Below, one piece after another: positions 18,635-28,470 of a DNA stretch of 64,000 nt; the first letter of the stretch is position 1, and each line of letters starts with the position of its first letter. The notes beneath the pieces are model-generated. The model was not told the origin of the DNA. It searched no databases and saw nothing but the letters and a program-made list of their open reading frames with translations. Source of the DNA: a candidate division WOR-3 bacterium (GTDB taxonomy: Bacteria; Hydrothermota; Tepidihabitantia; Tepidihabitantales; Tepidihabitantaceae); NCBI GenBank assembly GCA_039801085.1, contig JBDRTY010000001.1, positions 445,538 to 509,537 on the forward strand. Reading direction: 5' to 3'. The position numbers were made by a program, and so were the translations under genes.

Positions 18635-18887
18635 GTAGATAGATGAGTGCGCCCAGCCAGTGAGTGAAAATGATGACCAGTGTCCAGAGTAGACGCATAT
18701 TGCTTTCGTCAGTTTCGTGAATCAGGACATCGATCAGCATCCAGATCCAAAGAACCTTGGCTGCGATTACAACGGTGATGCAGATTAGAATCAGGGGTAA
18801 CCAGAGCCAGCCCAGCGAACTGAGCGCAAACAACCCGACAAGTTCTTTCATATGAATAAACGATACATCCGGAAGCAAGGCTGTCAA
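18594..18887 (-). CDS. PLDc_N-like mini membrane protein, paralogue 2 (tandem duplicate)
   Basis: WMLIDVLIHETDESNMRLLWTLVIIFTHWLGALIYLLVRRPERIRKLG shares the LID..ETDE...LW...GA.Y..VRR.ERI..LG frame with the neighbour. Confidence 0.45.
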   Translation of the reverse strand: MTALLPDVSFIHMKELVGLFALSSLGWLWLPLILICITVVIAAKVLWIWMLIDVLIHETDESNMRLLWTLVIIFTHWLGALIYLLVRRPERIRKLGK

Positions 18888-18935
18888 TTGATTTCAATGC
18901 AATATTTTTTATAATCGAAGAAAGTGAGGTAAAAT

Positions 18936-20198
18936 ATGGGAATGACCTTTGCCGAAAAGATTCTTGCCCGCAAGGCGGGTAAATCAGAGGTTCGGGCCGG
19001 CGAGATTGTTTTTTGCAAGCCGGATCGGCTGTTGATGCACGATAATGCTGCTGCAATTACTGATAAGATCGCCAAGGAATTGAATGAGTTTGGTGTTGCC
19101 AATCCGGACCAGGTAGTCATCGTCCTCGATCATACTGTACCCGCAGTAGATGAGAAGACGGCTGCCGGCCATAAGAAAATCCGGGAGTTCGTCCAAAAAT
19201 ACGGGATCAGACATTTCTATGATATAGGTACTGGCGTTTGCCATCAGGTGATGGTGGAGAAGGGGTTGGTGTTGCCAGGAATGCTGGCGGTAGGTTCGGA
19301 TTCCCATACCTGTTCTTACGGAGCAGTGAATGCGTTTGCCACCGGCATCGACCGTACTGAAGCAGCGGCACTCCTTCTGACCGGTGAAACCTGGTTCAAG
19401 GTGCCGCAGTCAATCCGTATCCAGCTTCGTAAACGGCTGTCAGAATTAGTGACCGCCAAGGATCTAGTGTTGACGATTATCGGTCAGATCGGTGCCGATG
19501 GTGCCGACTATTGTTCGGTTGAATTCTGGGGTGATATCAGCTATCTGACTATCGATGACCGCTTTACGATTGCTAATATGGGCGTAGAGATGGGAGCGAA
19601 GATTGCGGTCTTTCCTGCTGATGAGATTGTCAAAGGTTTTCTCACCGGAATCGGGGTTGAAAGGTCCGACTGGCAGGAGGTGTGGGCAGATCCGGATGCG
19701 CAATATCGACAGGAACTGGTATTTGAACTTGACAGAATTGTTCCAATGGTAGCAGCGCCCCACAAGGTTGACAATGTGAAGCCGGTCAATGAGTTTAAGG
19801 ATGTTGAGGTGCAGCAGTGTCTGCTTGGGACCTGCACCAATGGTCGCGCAAGCGATTTTGCTTTGGCAGCCCAAATCATCGGCCGACGCAGGGTCGCTCC
19901 TGGTACCCGGCTGCTGCTGTTGCCGGCATCGCGCAGTGAACTGGAGAAGGCGCTGGATGCCGGTGATATTCAGACACTGATTGAGGCGGGCGGTGTGCTG
20001 TTGCCCCCGGGTTGCGGTCCCTGTCTGGGTGCTCATCAAGGGGTGCTGGCACCGGGTGAGCGCTGTGTTTCTACCGCCAACCGAAACTTCAAGGGACGGA
20101 TGGGGTGCCGGGAGGCAGAAATCTATCTTGCCAGTCCCGCAACCGTGGCAGCGAGCGCACTGACCGGAAAAATAACCGATCCAAGGGAGGTGATGTAG
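18936..20198 (+). CDS. Aconitase-family hydratase large subunit (LeuC-like, archaeal type 2, about 420 aa)
   Basis: MGMTFAEKILARKAG..., GSDSHTCSYGA, GTCTNGR, GCGPCLGAH Fe-S ligand motifs. Own TTGATT/TATAAT promoter and GTGAGGT SD upstream. Confidence 0.75.
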   Translation: MGMTFAEKILARKAGKSEVRAGEIVFCKPDRLLMHDNAAAITDKIAKELNEFGVANPDQVVIVLDHTVPAVDEKTAAGHKKIREFVQKYGIRHFYDIGTGVCHQVMVEKGLVLPGMLAVGSDSHTCSYGAVNAFATGIDRTEAAALLLTGETWFKVPQSIRIQLRKRLSELVTAKDLVLTIIGQIGADGADYCSVEFWGDISYLTIDDRFTIANMGVEMGAKIAVFPADEIVKGFLTGIGVERSDWQEVWADPDAQYRQELVFELDRIVPMVAAPHKVDNVKPVNEFKDVEVQQCLLGTCTNGRASDFALAAQIIGRRRVAPGTRLLLLPASRSELEKALDAGDIQTLIEAGGVLLPPGCGPCLGAHQGVLAPGERCVSTANRNFKGRMGCREAEIYLASPATVAASALTGKITDPREVM

Positions 20199-20199
20199 C

Positions 20200-20694
20200 A
20201 TGAGAATCTGGTATTACGGTGATGATGTCAATACCGACATGCTTTTCCCGGGGAAATATACCTATACCTGCTCCAAACCCGAGGAGATCAGACCGCACCT
20301 GCTCGAGGATCTGGACCCGGAATTTGCTAACAGTGTCCAAGCAGGAGATATAATTATTGCCGGCAGAAATTTCGGCTGTGGTTCTTCCCGGGAGCAGCCA
20401 GTAGTAGGACTCAAAGCGGTAGGAATTCAGGCGGTAATCGCCAAGAGCTTTGCTCGGATTTTCTACCGGGCTGCGATTAATCAGGGTTTATTGCTGATTG
20501 AAGCGCCTGAGGCGGTTGATTATTATCAACCGGGGATGGCGGTTGAATTGAATGCGGATCTGGGGCGGGTCAGAATTGGTACTCAGGAATTTCTGTTTCC
20601 CAAACCTCCGCCGGAAATTCTGGGAATTGTCGAGGCGGGCGGACTTTTGGAGTATACGCGCCGAAAATTGAGAGAAAGGGTGGGCAGGAAATGA
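20200..20694 (+). CDS. Aconitase-family hydratase small subunit (LeuD-like, type 2, 164 aa)
   Basis: Swivel-domain motifs (DVNTDMLFPGKY, GRNFGCGSSREQPV). Coupled 1 nt after the large-subunit stop. Confidence 0.75.
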   Translation: MRIWYYGDDVNTDMLFPGKYTYTCSKPEEIRPHLLEDLDPEFANSVQAGDIIIAGRNFGCGSSREQPVVGLKAVGIQAVIAKSFARIFYRAAINQGLLLIEAPEAVDYYQPGMAVELNADLGRVRIGTQEFLFPKPPPEILGIVEAGGLLEYTRRKLRERVGRK

Positions 20695-21917
20695 GCCGGA
20701 ATGGAGTAGCCGGGAGAAAGGGCGAAGGAGTACGCTCGGATGCCTTCGTGGTAGTGGAACTCAGAGACGAAGGCGGGATCGAGCTAATTGTTAAAAGCCG
20801 GGTCAGTTTTATATATGGAGATTCTATCCACAAGCTCGTGGCTGCCGGATTGAGTTTTTTTGGCATCAGCAATGCCCGGGTTGAAGTTGAGGATTCGGGG
20901 GCAGTGCCGTTTGTGCTCATGGCCCGGCTTGAGACCGCGGTCCGCCGGGCTTTAGGCAAGAACTATCAAGATGTTGCTGAGTGGTTACCTGAGCCAGGCC
21001 CCTCTTTTGGTCTTCCCAGCAGCCGGGAACGGTGGCGGCGATCCCGGCTTTATCTTCCGGGCAATGAACCCAAATTCATGCTCAATGCCCGGATTCATGA
21101 GCCGGACGGCGTGATTCTTGACCTCGAGGATTCGGTGCCGCCGGAAGAGAAGGATGCTGCACTCGTGCTGGTGCGAAATGCACTGATTGCGCTTGATTTC
21201 GCAGGGTGTGAGCGCATGGTGCGGATTAATCCCCTGCCGCAGGGTAAAGAGGAAGTTGAGCCCCTGATTCGTGCCGGGGTCAATCTGCTGGTTGTTCCGA
21301 AGTGTGAGGATGATGAGGAAATTAAGGAACTGGCAGCAGCGGTGGCAGAAATTGAAAGGAGGACCGGTATCCGGCATGAGGTCTGGCTGATGCCAATTAT
21401 TGAGACAGCTGCTGGTGCCTTTCGTGCCTACGAAATTGCCCGGTCATCAGAACGGATCGCCGCACTGACTTACGGCATGGAGGATTACATCGCCGATATC
21501 GGTGCACAGAAAACTCGTGATGGCTGGGAAACACTCTGGCTTCGTTCCGTAGTGGTTAATGCTGCACGGTCTGCCGGGATTCAGCCGATTGATACGGTAT
21601 ATGCAGATGTGGCTGATCTTGAGGGGTTGAAATTCAGCTGCCTGCAGGCAAGGGCACTCGGTTTTGAAGGCAAGGGGTGCATTCATCCCCGTCAAGTTCG
21701 GGTGGTGAACGAGGCTTTTACTCCAGATGATGAGGAGATTGCTCACGCAATGGAGATCGTGAAAGCGGATATGGTGGCACGGGCAAATGGCAAAAGTGTG
21801 GCGGTGATCGGGTCCAAAATGATTGACCCGCCGGTTGTCCGTCGTGCCCGGCGGACACTGGAACTGGCAGTGGCGCTGGGTAGATTAAGTCCGGACTGGA
21901 ATAAGGAGGGGCGATGA
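20691..21917 (+). CDS. Citrate lyase gamma (acyl-carrier, CitD-like) fused to beta (citryl-CoA lyase, CitE/HpcH-aldolase family) subunit
   Basis: The N-terminal about 100 aa resemble CitD, including a conserved Ser in GVRSDAFVVV (compare TLESGDVMI). The rest has CitE features (LYLPGNEPKFM, DLEDSV, MPIIETAAG, EDYIAD). Confidence 0.6.
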   Translation: MSRNGVAGRKGEGVRSDAFVVVELRDEGGIELIVKSRVSFIYGDSIHKLVAAGLSFFGISNARVEVEDSGAVPFVLMARLETAVRRALGKNYQDVAEWLPEPGPSFGLPSSRERWRRSRLYLPGNEPKFMLNARIHEPDGVILDLEDSVPPEEKDAALVLVRNALIALDFAGCERMVRINPLPQGKEEVEPLIRAGVNLLVVPKCEDDEEIKELAAAVAEIERRTGIRHEVWLMPIIETAAGAFRAYEIARSSERIAALTYGMEDYIADIGAQKTRDGWETLWLRSVVVNAARSAGIQPIDTVYADVADLEGLKFSCLQARALGFEGKGCIHPRQVRVVNEAFTPDDEEIAHAMEIVKADMVARANGKSVAVIGSKMIDPPVVRRARRTLELAVALGRLSPDWNKEGR

Positions 21918-23470
21918 ATCTTGTCACCAATGCTCTGGGCAGAATGGTGCCTACCGAGATCAACGGCCGGCCGGCAGTGCCTTTCCCGGGGATTGATCGC
22001 TTCCGGCCTTCGGGTTGCAAAGCCGCCCCCAGAATTCCTACTGTTCTTGATTACCCCCGTGATGGTAACAAGGTAGTAAAGGATTTGAAAACCGCACTGG
22101 AGTTGGCCGGTGTCCGTAACGGTATGACAATTTCTACGCATCACCATTTCCGGGACGGTGATACGCTGGCTTTGCAGCTTTTTGACATCTGCGCTGAGAT
22201 GGGGCTCAAAGATCTGGTCTGGTTTCCTTCGGCAGCTTTCCCCTGTCATGCACCGTTGATCAAACACCTTGACAGTGGGGTTATCCATCATATTGAAGGC
22301 AGTCTCAACGGTCCCTTGGGAGATTACTGTACCAGCGGCAGGATGCGGGGACTGGGCGTGCTGCGTTCACACGGCGCCCGGGCAATGGCGGTTCAGGATG
22401 GTGAGGTCCATATTGATATTGCAGTGCTGGCGGCACCAAGTGCTGATTGTTTCGGCAATGCCAATGCGGTTAACGGCGATGCAGCCTGTGGTGTGCTCGG
22501 TTATGCGCTGGCTGATGCGATGTATGCTGACCGGGTAATTGTTGTAACCAATAATCTTGTGCCTTTCCCCTGTATCCCGATTGAAATCTCCGGTAGCTAT
22601 GTGGATTATGTGGTGGTTCAGGATTCCATTGGCGACCCGAAGAAGATTGTTTCCGGAACGACTGAAATTACCCGTTCTCCAGATCGTCTCTATATTGCCG
22701 AACTGGTTGCCCGGTTCATCCGTGATGCGGGCATAATGCGCAATGGGTTCAGTTTTCAGGCTGGGGCAGGAGGTATTTCCCTTGCCTTTGCAGTTTATCT
22801 TGCCCAGATGATGAAGGAGTCTGGCGTAAGGGCAGGCTGGATTCACGGGGGAACGACGAAATTTCTGGTACGGATGCTGGAGGAAGGTCTGACGGATGCG
22901 CTAGTGGACGGGCAGGCATTTGATCTGGAGGCAGTGCGTTCGATTGCGGTGAACCGCAGTCATATCGGCACCGCCCCCCTGATTAGTTACAACCATCATT
23001 CCAAAGGAAATTTCATTAATCTGATGGATGTGGTCGTTCTGGGTGCGACTGAAGTAGATTTGAACTTTAACGCCAATGTGGTTACTCACTCCGATGGACG
23101 TCTGCTGCACGGCATTGGTGGCTGGCAGAACTGTCTTTATGCCCGGTGTGTAATTCTGGCGATGCCAGCGGTGCGTGACCGGATTCCGGTAATTGTTGAT
23201 GAAGTGACTACACTGTGCGGTCCGGGTGAAATGATCGATGTTGTAGTTACTGAGCTTGGAATTGCGATCAACCCGCGGCGGCAGGACCTGATTGAGGCAG
23301 TCAAAGGTAAAAGTCTGCCACTTAAGAGTCTGGAGGAGATGAAGGCTGAGGTTGAGCGTCTCTGTGGAAAGCCGGAAAGGCAGGAGCGGACAAGCCGGGT
23401 AGTGGCAGCGGTTAAATGGGTTGACGGCACAGTGCTGGATTCGGTTTTCCAGATCCCGGGAAAACAGTAG
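21914..23470 (+). CDS. citF: Citrate lyase alpha subunit (citrate CoA-transferase, CitF)
   Basis: 518 aa, length and N-terminal LGRMVPTEINGRP region typical of CitF. Overlaps the citDE stop by 4 nt. Confidence 0.7.
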   Translation: MNLVTNALGRMVPTEINGRPAVPFPGIDRFRPSGCKAAPRIPTVLDYPRDGNKVVKDLKTALELAGVRNGMTISTHHHFRDGDTLALQLFDICAEMGLKDLVWFPSAAFPCHAPLIKHLDSGVIHHIEGSLNGPLGDYCTSGRMRGLGVLRSHGARAMAVQDGEVHIDIAVLAAPSADCFGNANAVNGDAACGVLGYALADAMYADRVIVVTNNLVPFPCIPIEISGSYVDYVVVQDSIGDPKKIVSGTTEITRSPDRLYIAELVARFIRDAGIMRNGFSFQAGAGGISLAFAVYLAQMMKESGVRAGWIHGGTTKFLVRMLEEGLTDALVDGQAFDLEAVRSIAVNRSHIGTAPLISYNHHSKGNFINLMDVVVLGATEVDLNFNANVVTHSDGRLLHGIGGWQNCLYARCVILAMPAVRDRIPVIVDEVTTLCGPGEMIDVVVTELGIAINPRRQDLIEAVKGKSLPLKSLEEMKAEVERLCGKPERQERTSRVVAAVKWVDGTVLDSVFQIPGKQ

Positions 23471-23528
23471 GATTTGTGACTGTTGTAGTGTTCAGGTTAA
23501 CTTTAAATTTCAAACCAGGGGAGACGGT

Positions 23529-25244
23529 ATGGCGTTTATTGTATTTATTATCTGTCTGATCTGGTTTCTAATGATGTACAGAGTTTATGGCGGTTTTCTC
23601 AGCCGCCGGGTGTTTAAACTTGACGACTCTCGCAAAACACCAGCGCACATTTTGTGTGACAATACCGACTATGTGCCCAGCAACCGCTGGGTGGTCTGGG
23701 GACACAACTTCACTTCAATCGCCGGGCTGGGTCCGATTGTCGGTCCCGCGATTGGGATCATCTGGGGGTGGGTCCCGGCACTGCTCTGGATTACGCTTGG
23801 CACAGTTTTTTTGGGTGGTGTTCATGATTTTGCGGCGCTGGTTGTATCGGTGCGCAATAAGGGTTTGTCCATTGGTGAAATTACTACCAAGGTTATCGGT
23901 AAGCGGGCGAAATATCTTTTTATGGCGATTATTTTTCTGGAACTGTGGGTTGTAATCGCAATTTTTGCGATGATTATGGGGGTATTGTTCAAGATGTATC
24001 CCACCTCAGTATTCCCGGTCTGGATGGAGATTCCCATTGCAGTGGTATTGTCTTATATGGTTTTTCGCAAAGGGAAGAGTCTTGAGCTCTGGTCATGGAT
24101 TGCATTGCTGGCGATGTATCTGACTGTTGCGGTGGGCGTGTTTCTGCCCCTTGAGATTCCCGGGCCGAATGCAGTGGTGATCTGGATTGTCATTCTGATG
24201 GTTTATGCCTATATTGCTTCCACTCTGCCAGTGGAGATACTGCTTCAGCCCCGGGATTACATAAACTCTCACGAACTTCTGGTGGCGGCGCTACTGATCT
24301 TTGCCGGCGCAGTGGCGGCATTTATCCGGGACCCGGGGCATCTGGGTTTCGTGGCACCGGCATTTAACTTTTCTGCCCGCGGGGCGCCACCGGTCTGGCC
24401 GTTTCTTTTTGTTACCATTGCCTGTGGTGCCATTTCCGGGTTTCATTCGCTGGTTGCCTCCGGGACCGCATCCAAGCAGATTGACCGGGAAAGTGATGCG
24501 AAACTGGTAGGGTATGGCGGGATGATCGCAGAAGGAATTCTGGCGGCCTTAGTCGTACTTGCAGTGGCAGCAGGATTTGGTGCTAATGGCAGGGGGTTGG
24601 CTGAAGGTATTGTTGCGTGGTCGGAACATTATGCCGACTGGTCTTCTGCCAGCGGTATGGCAGCTAATATCAGGGCTTTCGTGACCGGTGCCAGTAACAT
24701 GATGAGTTATTTCTTTGGTAACAGCAGGTATATCCGGGAACTGATGATGACAATCATGGGGGTATTTATCGTTTCCTTTGCCGGTACGACAATTGATACT
24801 GCTGCCAGAACTCAGCGGTACATTGTTCAGGAGTTCGGCCGAAGTGTTGGCTGGCGCTTTCTCACCGGCAAGCATATTGCTACCCTGGTGGCGGTTGGTT
24901 CAGCATTTGGATTGGCAATGGTTAGACCGGGCGGGCAGGGTGCCCTTATTCTCTGGCCCCTTTTCGGTACGATTAACCAGTTGCTGGCAGGTCTGGCATT
25001 GGTGGTGGTGACTATTTATCTCACATTCAAACGGGCAAAGCCGTGGGTAGCGGCAATACCAACCGGATTTCTGGTAATCATGACCGGCTGGGCAATGGTA
25101 ATGAATATCCACCAGTATTCCCGGTCTCATAACTGGTTGCTGGTAGTGGTGGGCTTGGTGGTATTTCTACTGATGCTGTGGCTGGTTTTTGAAGCGGTTC
25201 TGGTATTAATTCGATTTCGATCCAACCCTCCAGCACTGGATTAA
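23529..25244 (+). CDS. cstA: Carbon starvation protein A (CstA-family peptide/pyruvate transporter)
   Basis: MMYRVYGGFLSRRVF...DNTDYVPSNRWVVWGHNFTSIAGLGPIVGPAIG hallmark N-terminus. ATG at 23529 is preferred (AGGGGAGACGGT SD); the track start at 23421 adds 36 unlikely residues. Confidence 0.75.
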   Translation: MAFIVFIICLIWFLMMYRVYGGFLSRRVFKLDDSRKTPAHILCDNTDYVPSNRWVVWGHNFTSIAGLGPIVGPAIGIIWGWVPALLWITLGTVFLGGVHDFAALVVSVRNKGLSIGEITTKVIGKRAKYLFMAIIFLELWVVIAIFAMIMGVLFKMYPTSVFPVWMEIPIAVVLSYMVFRKGKSLELWSWIALLAMYLTVAVGVFLPLEIPGPNAVVIWIVILMVYAYIASTLPVEILLQPRDYINSHELLVAALLIFAGAVAAFIRDPGHLGFVAPAFNFSARGAPPVWPFLFVTIACGAISGFHSLVASGTASKQIDRESDAKLVGYGGMIAEGILAALVVLAVAAGFGANGRGLAEGIVAWSEHYADWSSASGMAANIRAFVTGASNMMSYFFGNSRYIRELMMTIMGVFIVSFAGTTIDTAARTQRYIVQEFGRSVGWRFLTGKHIATLVAVGSAFGLAMVRPGGQGALILWPLFGTINQLLAGLALVVVTIYLTFKRAKPWVAAIPTGFLVIMTGWAMVMNIHQYSRSHNWLLVVVGLVVFLLMLWLVFEAVLVLIRFRSNPPALD

Positions 25245-25248
25245 ACTG

Positions 25249-26151
25249 TTATTTCAGGAAGACGAGAACAGCGCCGATACCGGCAGTAATAATTGCCAGC
25301 AGGCGACGGTGAGTTATCGGTTCTTTGAGAAACAGGGCGGAAAATATAAAAATGAAGATATTACTCAACTGATTGAGCGGAGCAGCTACAGAAACTTGGG
25401 TAAACTTCATGCCCCCCAGCCACACGGTCAGGGCAAGATAGGTACCCAATACGGTACCGGCAGTTGAATAACCCAGTCCCCGAAGTTTGAATATTGAGCT
25501 GATTATTTTTTTCCGTTCAGGCAGGGCCAGAGTAACGACTGCCACTCCGATCATGCCGATCATCAGTCTTAGTGCAGCTGCCCAGAGCAGCGGGGTTTGA
25601 GCAAGCAGCGGCTTAATAATGATAATCCCTGCTGCAGTTGAGGCGGTTGATAAAATGCCGAATGTGATGCCGGTTAAGAGATTTCGGCGACTGATTTGGC
25701 TTTGGGTACGGTAGCTGGAAATCAGGAGCAGCGCCGTCAGAATCAAAACAATGCCGAGTATTTGTCGTGGCGTGATTCTTTCTTTCAGAAAAACCATGGA
25801 GAAGATTACCATAAGTGGACTGTATGTATAACTGGTGATCGCCGCGAGATTGGCGCCAAGTCGGTTGAGACTCATAAAAAATAGCGTATCACCTAATGTC
25901 ATTCCGAGCAGGCCGCTGAGGATAAATCTGAGGTAATCGGCGAATGGCATCGTGGGCATAAGGGGTGTATGGAAAATAATGAGCGTCGGGATCAGGAGTG
26001 TTAATGCCAACATGTTTTTGAACAGGTTCAAGCCGAGAGGGTGAACAGTTTCGCCACTCTTTTTGAAGAGAATTACCGCCAGTGCCCAGAACAGTGCGCT
26101 AAACAGGGCAAGAGTTTCGCCTAAGAAGGGTATGTTGGCAGGCATAGCCAA
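25249..26151 (-). CDS. EamA/DMT-family 10-TM transporter
   Basis: Two EamA-like halves and 10 predicted TM helices. Confidence 0.65.
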   Translation of the reverse strand: MAMPANIPFLGETLALFSALFWALAVILFKKSGETVHPLGLNLFKNMLALTLLIPTLIIFHTPLMPTMPFADYLRFILSGLLGMTLGDTLFFMSLNRLGANLAAITSYTYSPLMVIFSMVFLKERITPRQILGIVLILTALLLISSYRTQSQISRRNLLTGITFGILSTASTAAGIIIIKPLLAQTPLLWAAALRLMIGMIGVAVVTLALPERKKIISSIFKLRGLGYSTAGTVLGTYLALTVWLGGMKFTQVSVAAPLNQLSNIFIFIFSALFLKEPITHRRLLAIITAGIGAVLVFLK

Positions 26152-26286
26152 TTATCCGGCAGTTAAGAAAACTGTCAACAGGATGGTAATAAGCGATCAA
26201 GGGCAGATTTGTAACAGACCGGGTGCATTGAATAATTACTGTTTGACTTTGCCCCGGAAAATAGTATTGTATTATAAGGACTATAG

Positions 26287-27933
26287 ATGTTCCACAAATC
26301 AGAGCGCGGCACGTGTACAACAAAACAGTTGCTGCTCACTCTGGTAATAATATTATCGGGATATCCTGCACACAATCTGTATGCTACCCAGAACCGTACG
26401 CTGGGCCTGATTTTTCGGGATTCTGTTGCCAACGCTGAAGGTTATACACTTTTTGCGCCGATGAATTACAATGTTGCTTATCTGATCGATAATAATGGAA
26501 TGCTGGTTCATTCCTGGTCCGGAAGCGGTTTACCGGGGATGGCAGTCTATCTGTGTGAGGACGGCTTGTTGCTTCGTACAGTGCAAACTAACAATCCAGT
26601 ATTCGGAAATGGTGGTGGTATTGGAGGGAAGTTGGAGCTTGTTGACTGGGATGGAAATGTGGTCTGGTCTTATACCTATTCTAATACCCAGCACTGCCAG
26701 CACCATGATGCTATCCGGCTGCCTAATGGGAATGTACTGCTGATTGCCTGGGAATACAAGTCACGGAACGAGGCGATTGAAGCCGGTCGCGATCCCAATT
26801 TGTTGATTTACAACTCCCTCTGGCCCGATCATCTGGTTGAAGTTGACCCCCGGACCGATTCAATTGTATGGGAGTGGCATGTCTGGAATCATCTGGTTCA
26901 GGATTATGATTCCACCAAGTCCAATTACGGTGATCCCCGGCAGCATCCCGAACTGATAGATCTGAACTTTGTTACCGGGCTGGCAGTTTCTGACTGGAAT
27001 CACACCAACGGGCTTGCCTATAATCCCGAGCTTGATCAGATTGCCGTTAGTGTCCGTCAGTTTTCTGAGATCTGGGTAATTGATCACAGCACCACCCGGG
27101 AGCAGGCTGCCAGTCACACCGGTGGCCGATACGGGCGGGGTGGTGATCTGCTTTACCGCTGGGGGGACCCGCGCGCCTATCGTCGTGACCATACGATCGG
27201 CCAAACGCTATTTGGTCAGCATGACATTCAGTGGATTGAGCCGGGACTGCCCGGTAGTGGTGAAATGCTGGTTTTTAATAATGGTTACGGCAGAACTCCC
27301 TGGTATTCAACTGTTGACCAGTTTGTCCCGCCAGTTGATTCACCCGGGTTTTATCATCTGGGGCCGGATTCGGCATACGGTCCGGCAGAACTTACATGGC
27401 AGTTCATTGGATCCCCGCCGGAGAGTATCTACTCCAGTCTGATTTCCAGTTGTCAGCGACTTGCCAACGGCAATACTCTGATCTGCGTCGGATTAAGCGG
27501 TATTTTCTATGAAGTTACGCCTGAACGCCGGATTGTCTGGAAATATGTCAACCCGGTTACCCGCTATGGCCCACAGCAGCAGGGTGATGTGCTGCAGCCC
27601 GGTGCCAATTCGGTTTTCAAAATCCGGCGCTATCCCCCTGATTATCCGGGTCTTGCCGGACGGCAGCTAAATCCGGTGGGACCGATTGAAATTTATCCGC
27701 AGGCAGTTGATGAAGAGCGTTCCCGGAGATATCGCTTGAACAGCTTACCGACGGTGGTCCGCAATTGCATACGGTTAACCAACGCTGAGGCAGCAGGATT
27801 GATGGACATTACCGGCAGGCTGGTGATTCAACTTGGTCCTGGTGAGAACGATCTGCGGGCAGTTTCTCCGGGAGTTTATTTCATCTGGTTTAAATCATCA
27901 CCACAGGTTCAACCGGTGTTGGTTGTCCGTTGA
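26287..27933 (+). CDS. Arylsulfotransferase (ASST)-like beta-propeller protein with C-terminal T9SS sorting domain
   Basis: Repeated propeller-blade motifs (LIDNNGMLVHSW, LPNGNVLL, WEWHVWNHL, RLANGNTLI) as in ASST/PQQ-like propellers. Signal peptide. C-terminal ITGRLVIQLGPG...GVYFIWFKSS...LVVR CTD. Confidence 0.45.
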   Translation: MFHKSERGTCTTKQLLLTLVIILSGYPAHNLYATQNRTLGLIFRDSVANAEGYTLFAPMNYNVAYLIDNNGMLVHSWSGSGLPGMAVYLCEDGLLLRTVQTNNPVFGNGGGIGGKLELVDWDGNVVWSYTYSNTQHCQHHDAIRLPNGNVLLIAWEYKSRNEAIEAGRDPNLLIYNSLWPDHLVEVDPRTDSIVWEWHVWNHLVQDYDSTKSNYGDPRQHPELIDLNFVTGLAVSDWNHTNGLAYNPELDQIAVSVRQFSEIWVIDHSTTREQAASHTGGRYGRGGDLLYRWGDPRAYRRDHTIGQTLFGQHDIQWIEPGLPGSGEMLVFNNGYGRTPWYSTVDQFVPPVDSPGFYHLGPDSAYGPAELTWQFIGSPPESIYSSLISSCQRLANGNTLICVGLSGIFYEVTPERRIVWKYVNPVTRYGPQQQGDVLQPGANSVFKIRRYPPDYPGLAGRQLNPVGPIEIYPQAVDEERSRRYRLNSLPTVVRNCIRLTNAEAAGLMDITGRLVIQLGPGENDLRAVSPGVYFIWFKSSPQVQPVLVVR

Positions 27934-28036
27934 GCGGTTACCCCCAAAAACAACAAAGTTTGGATCAGAAGGTGAGAACCATAGTAGCAAAATAGCGGGA
28001 AACGATTGTTTCTGGTGGGAAATATTAATAAATGGT

Positions 28037-28470
28037 CTAATGCAATTTGAAGTCAAAGGTAACAATTATTTCGACCGGAACCTTGCGGGTGCGCTGCAAC
28101 CGGGGGGTAAATCGGTATTTTAGAATTGCATCGATGACAGACTGGTCGAAGAGCTGATATCCGGAAGAGGCATATATTTCAGCATTAGTTACCATACCAG
28201 AAGTGTCCACGACCGCCCGAACTGCCACTCTGCCTTCAATTCCCAGATTCCGTAGCATTTCGGGGTAAACCGGTGGCACCTCATAAACTTTTTCTGGTTT
28301 TTTTCCACTTTAAAGAAAGGTACCGCTTCTGGGAGTGGTATGGGAAAAGAGGTAGTCTGTCCGGTGTCATCCCAGGTTGTTGTTTTGCCGATAGTAGTGC
28401 CTGCTTGATCACCAGGCGCAGCGGGAATTGGGATTGATGGTTTTATAACCCGGGGCGGAGCGACCGGCAT
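28037..28470 (-). pseudogene. TonB C-terminal-domain gene split by a frameshift in a T7 (coding-strand A7) homopolymer; no N-terminal membrane anchor
   Basis: Downstream frame: KKPEKVYEVPPVYPEMLRNLGIEGRVAVRAVVDTSGMVTNAEI...RFTP (TonB CTD). Upstream frame: Pro-rich PPRVIKPSIPIPAAP linker ending ...FFKVEKNQKK. A single extra A in the run at 28298-28304 would join them. A stop lies immediately upstream of the ATG, so no TM segment exists. Confidence 0.5.

Noticed and set aside
19464-20201. 245-aa minus-strand ORF antisense to the LeuC-like gene
   Set aside because: Antisense artefact; biased composition.
23421-23528. Track start codon for CstA, 36 codons upstream
   Set aside because: The extension (MTAQCWIRFSRSRENSRICDCCSVQ...) has no SD, overlaps the citF 3' end and is not CstA-like. 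ATG at 23529 with AGGGGAGACGGT SD is preferred.
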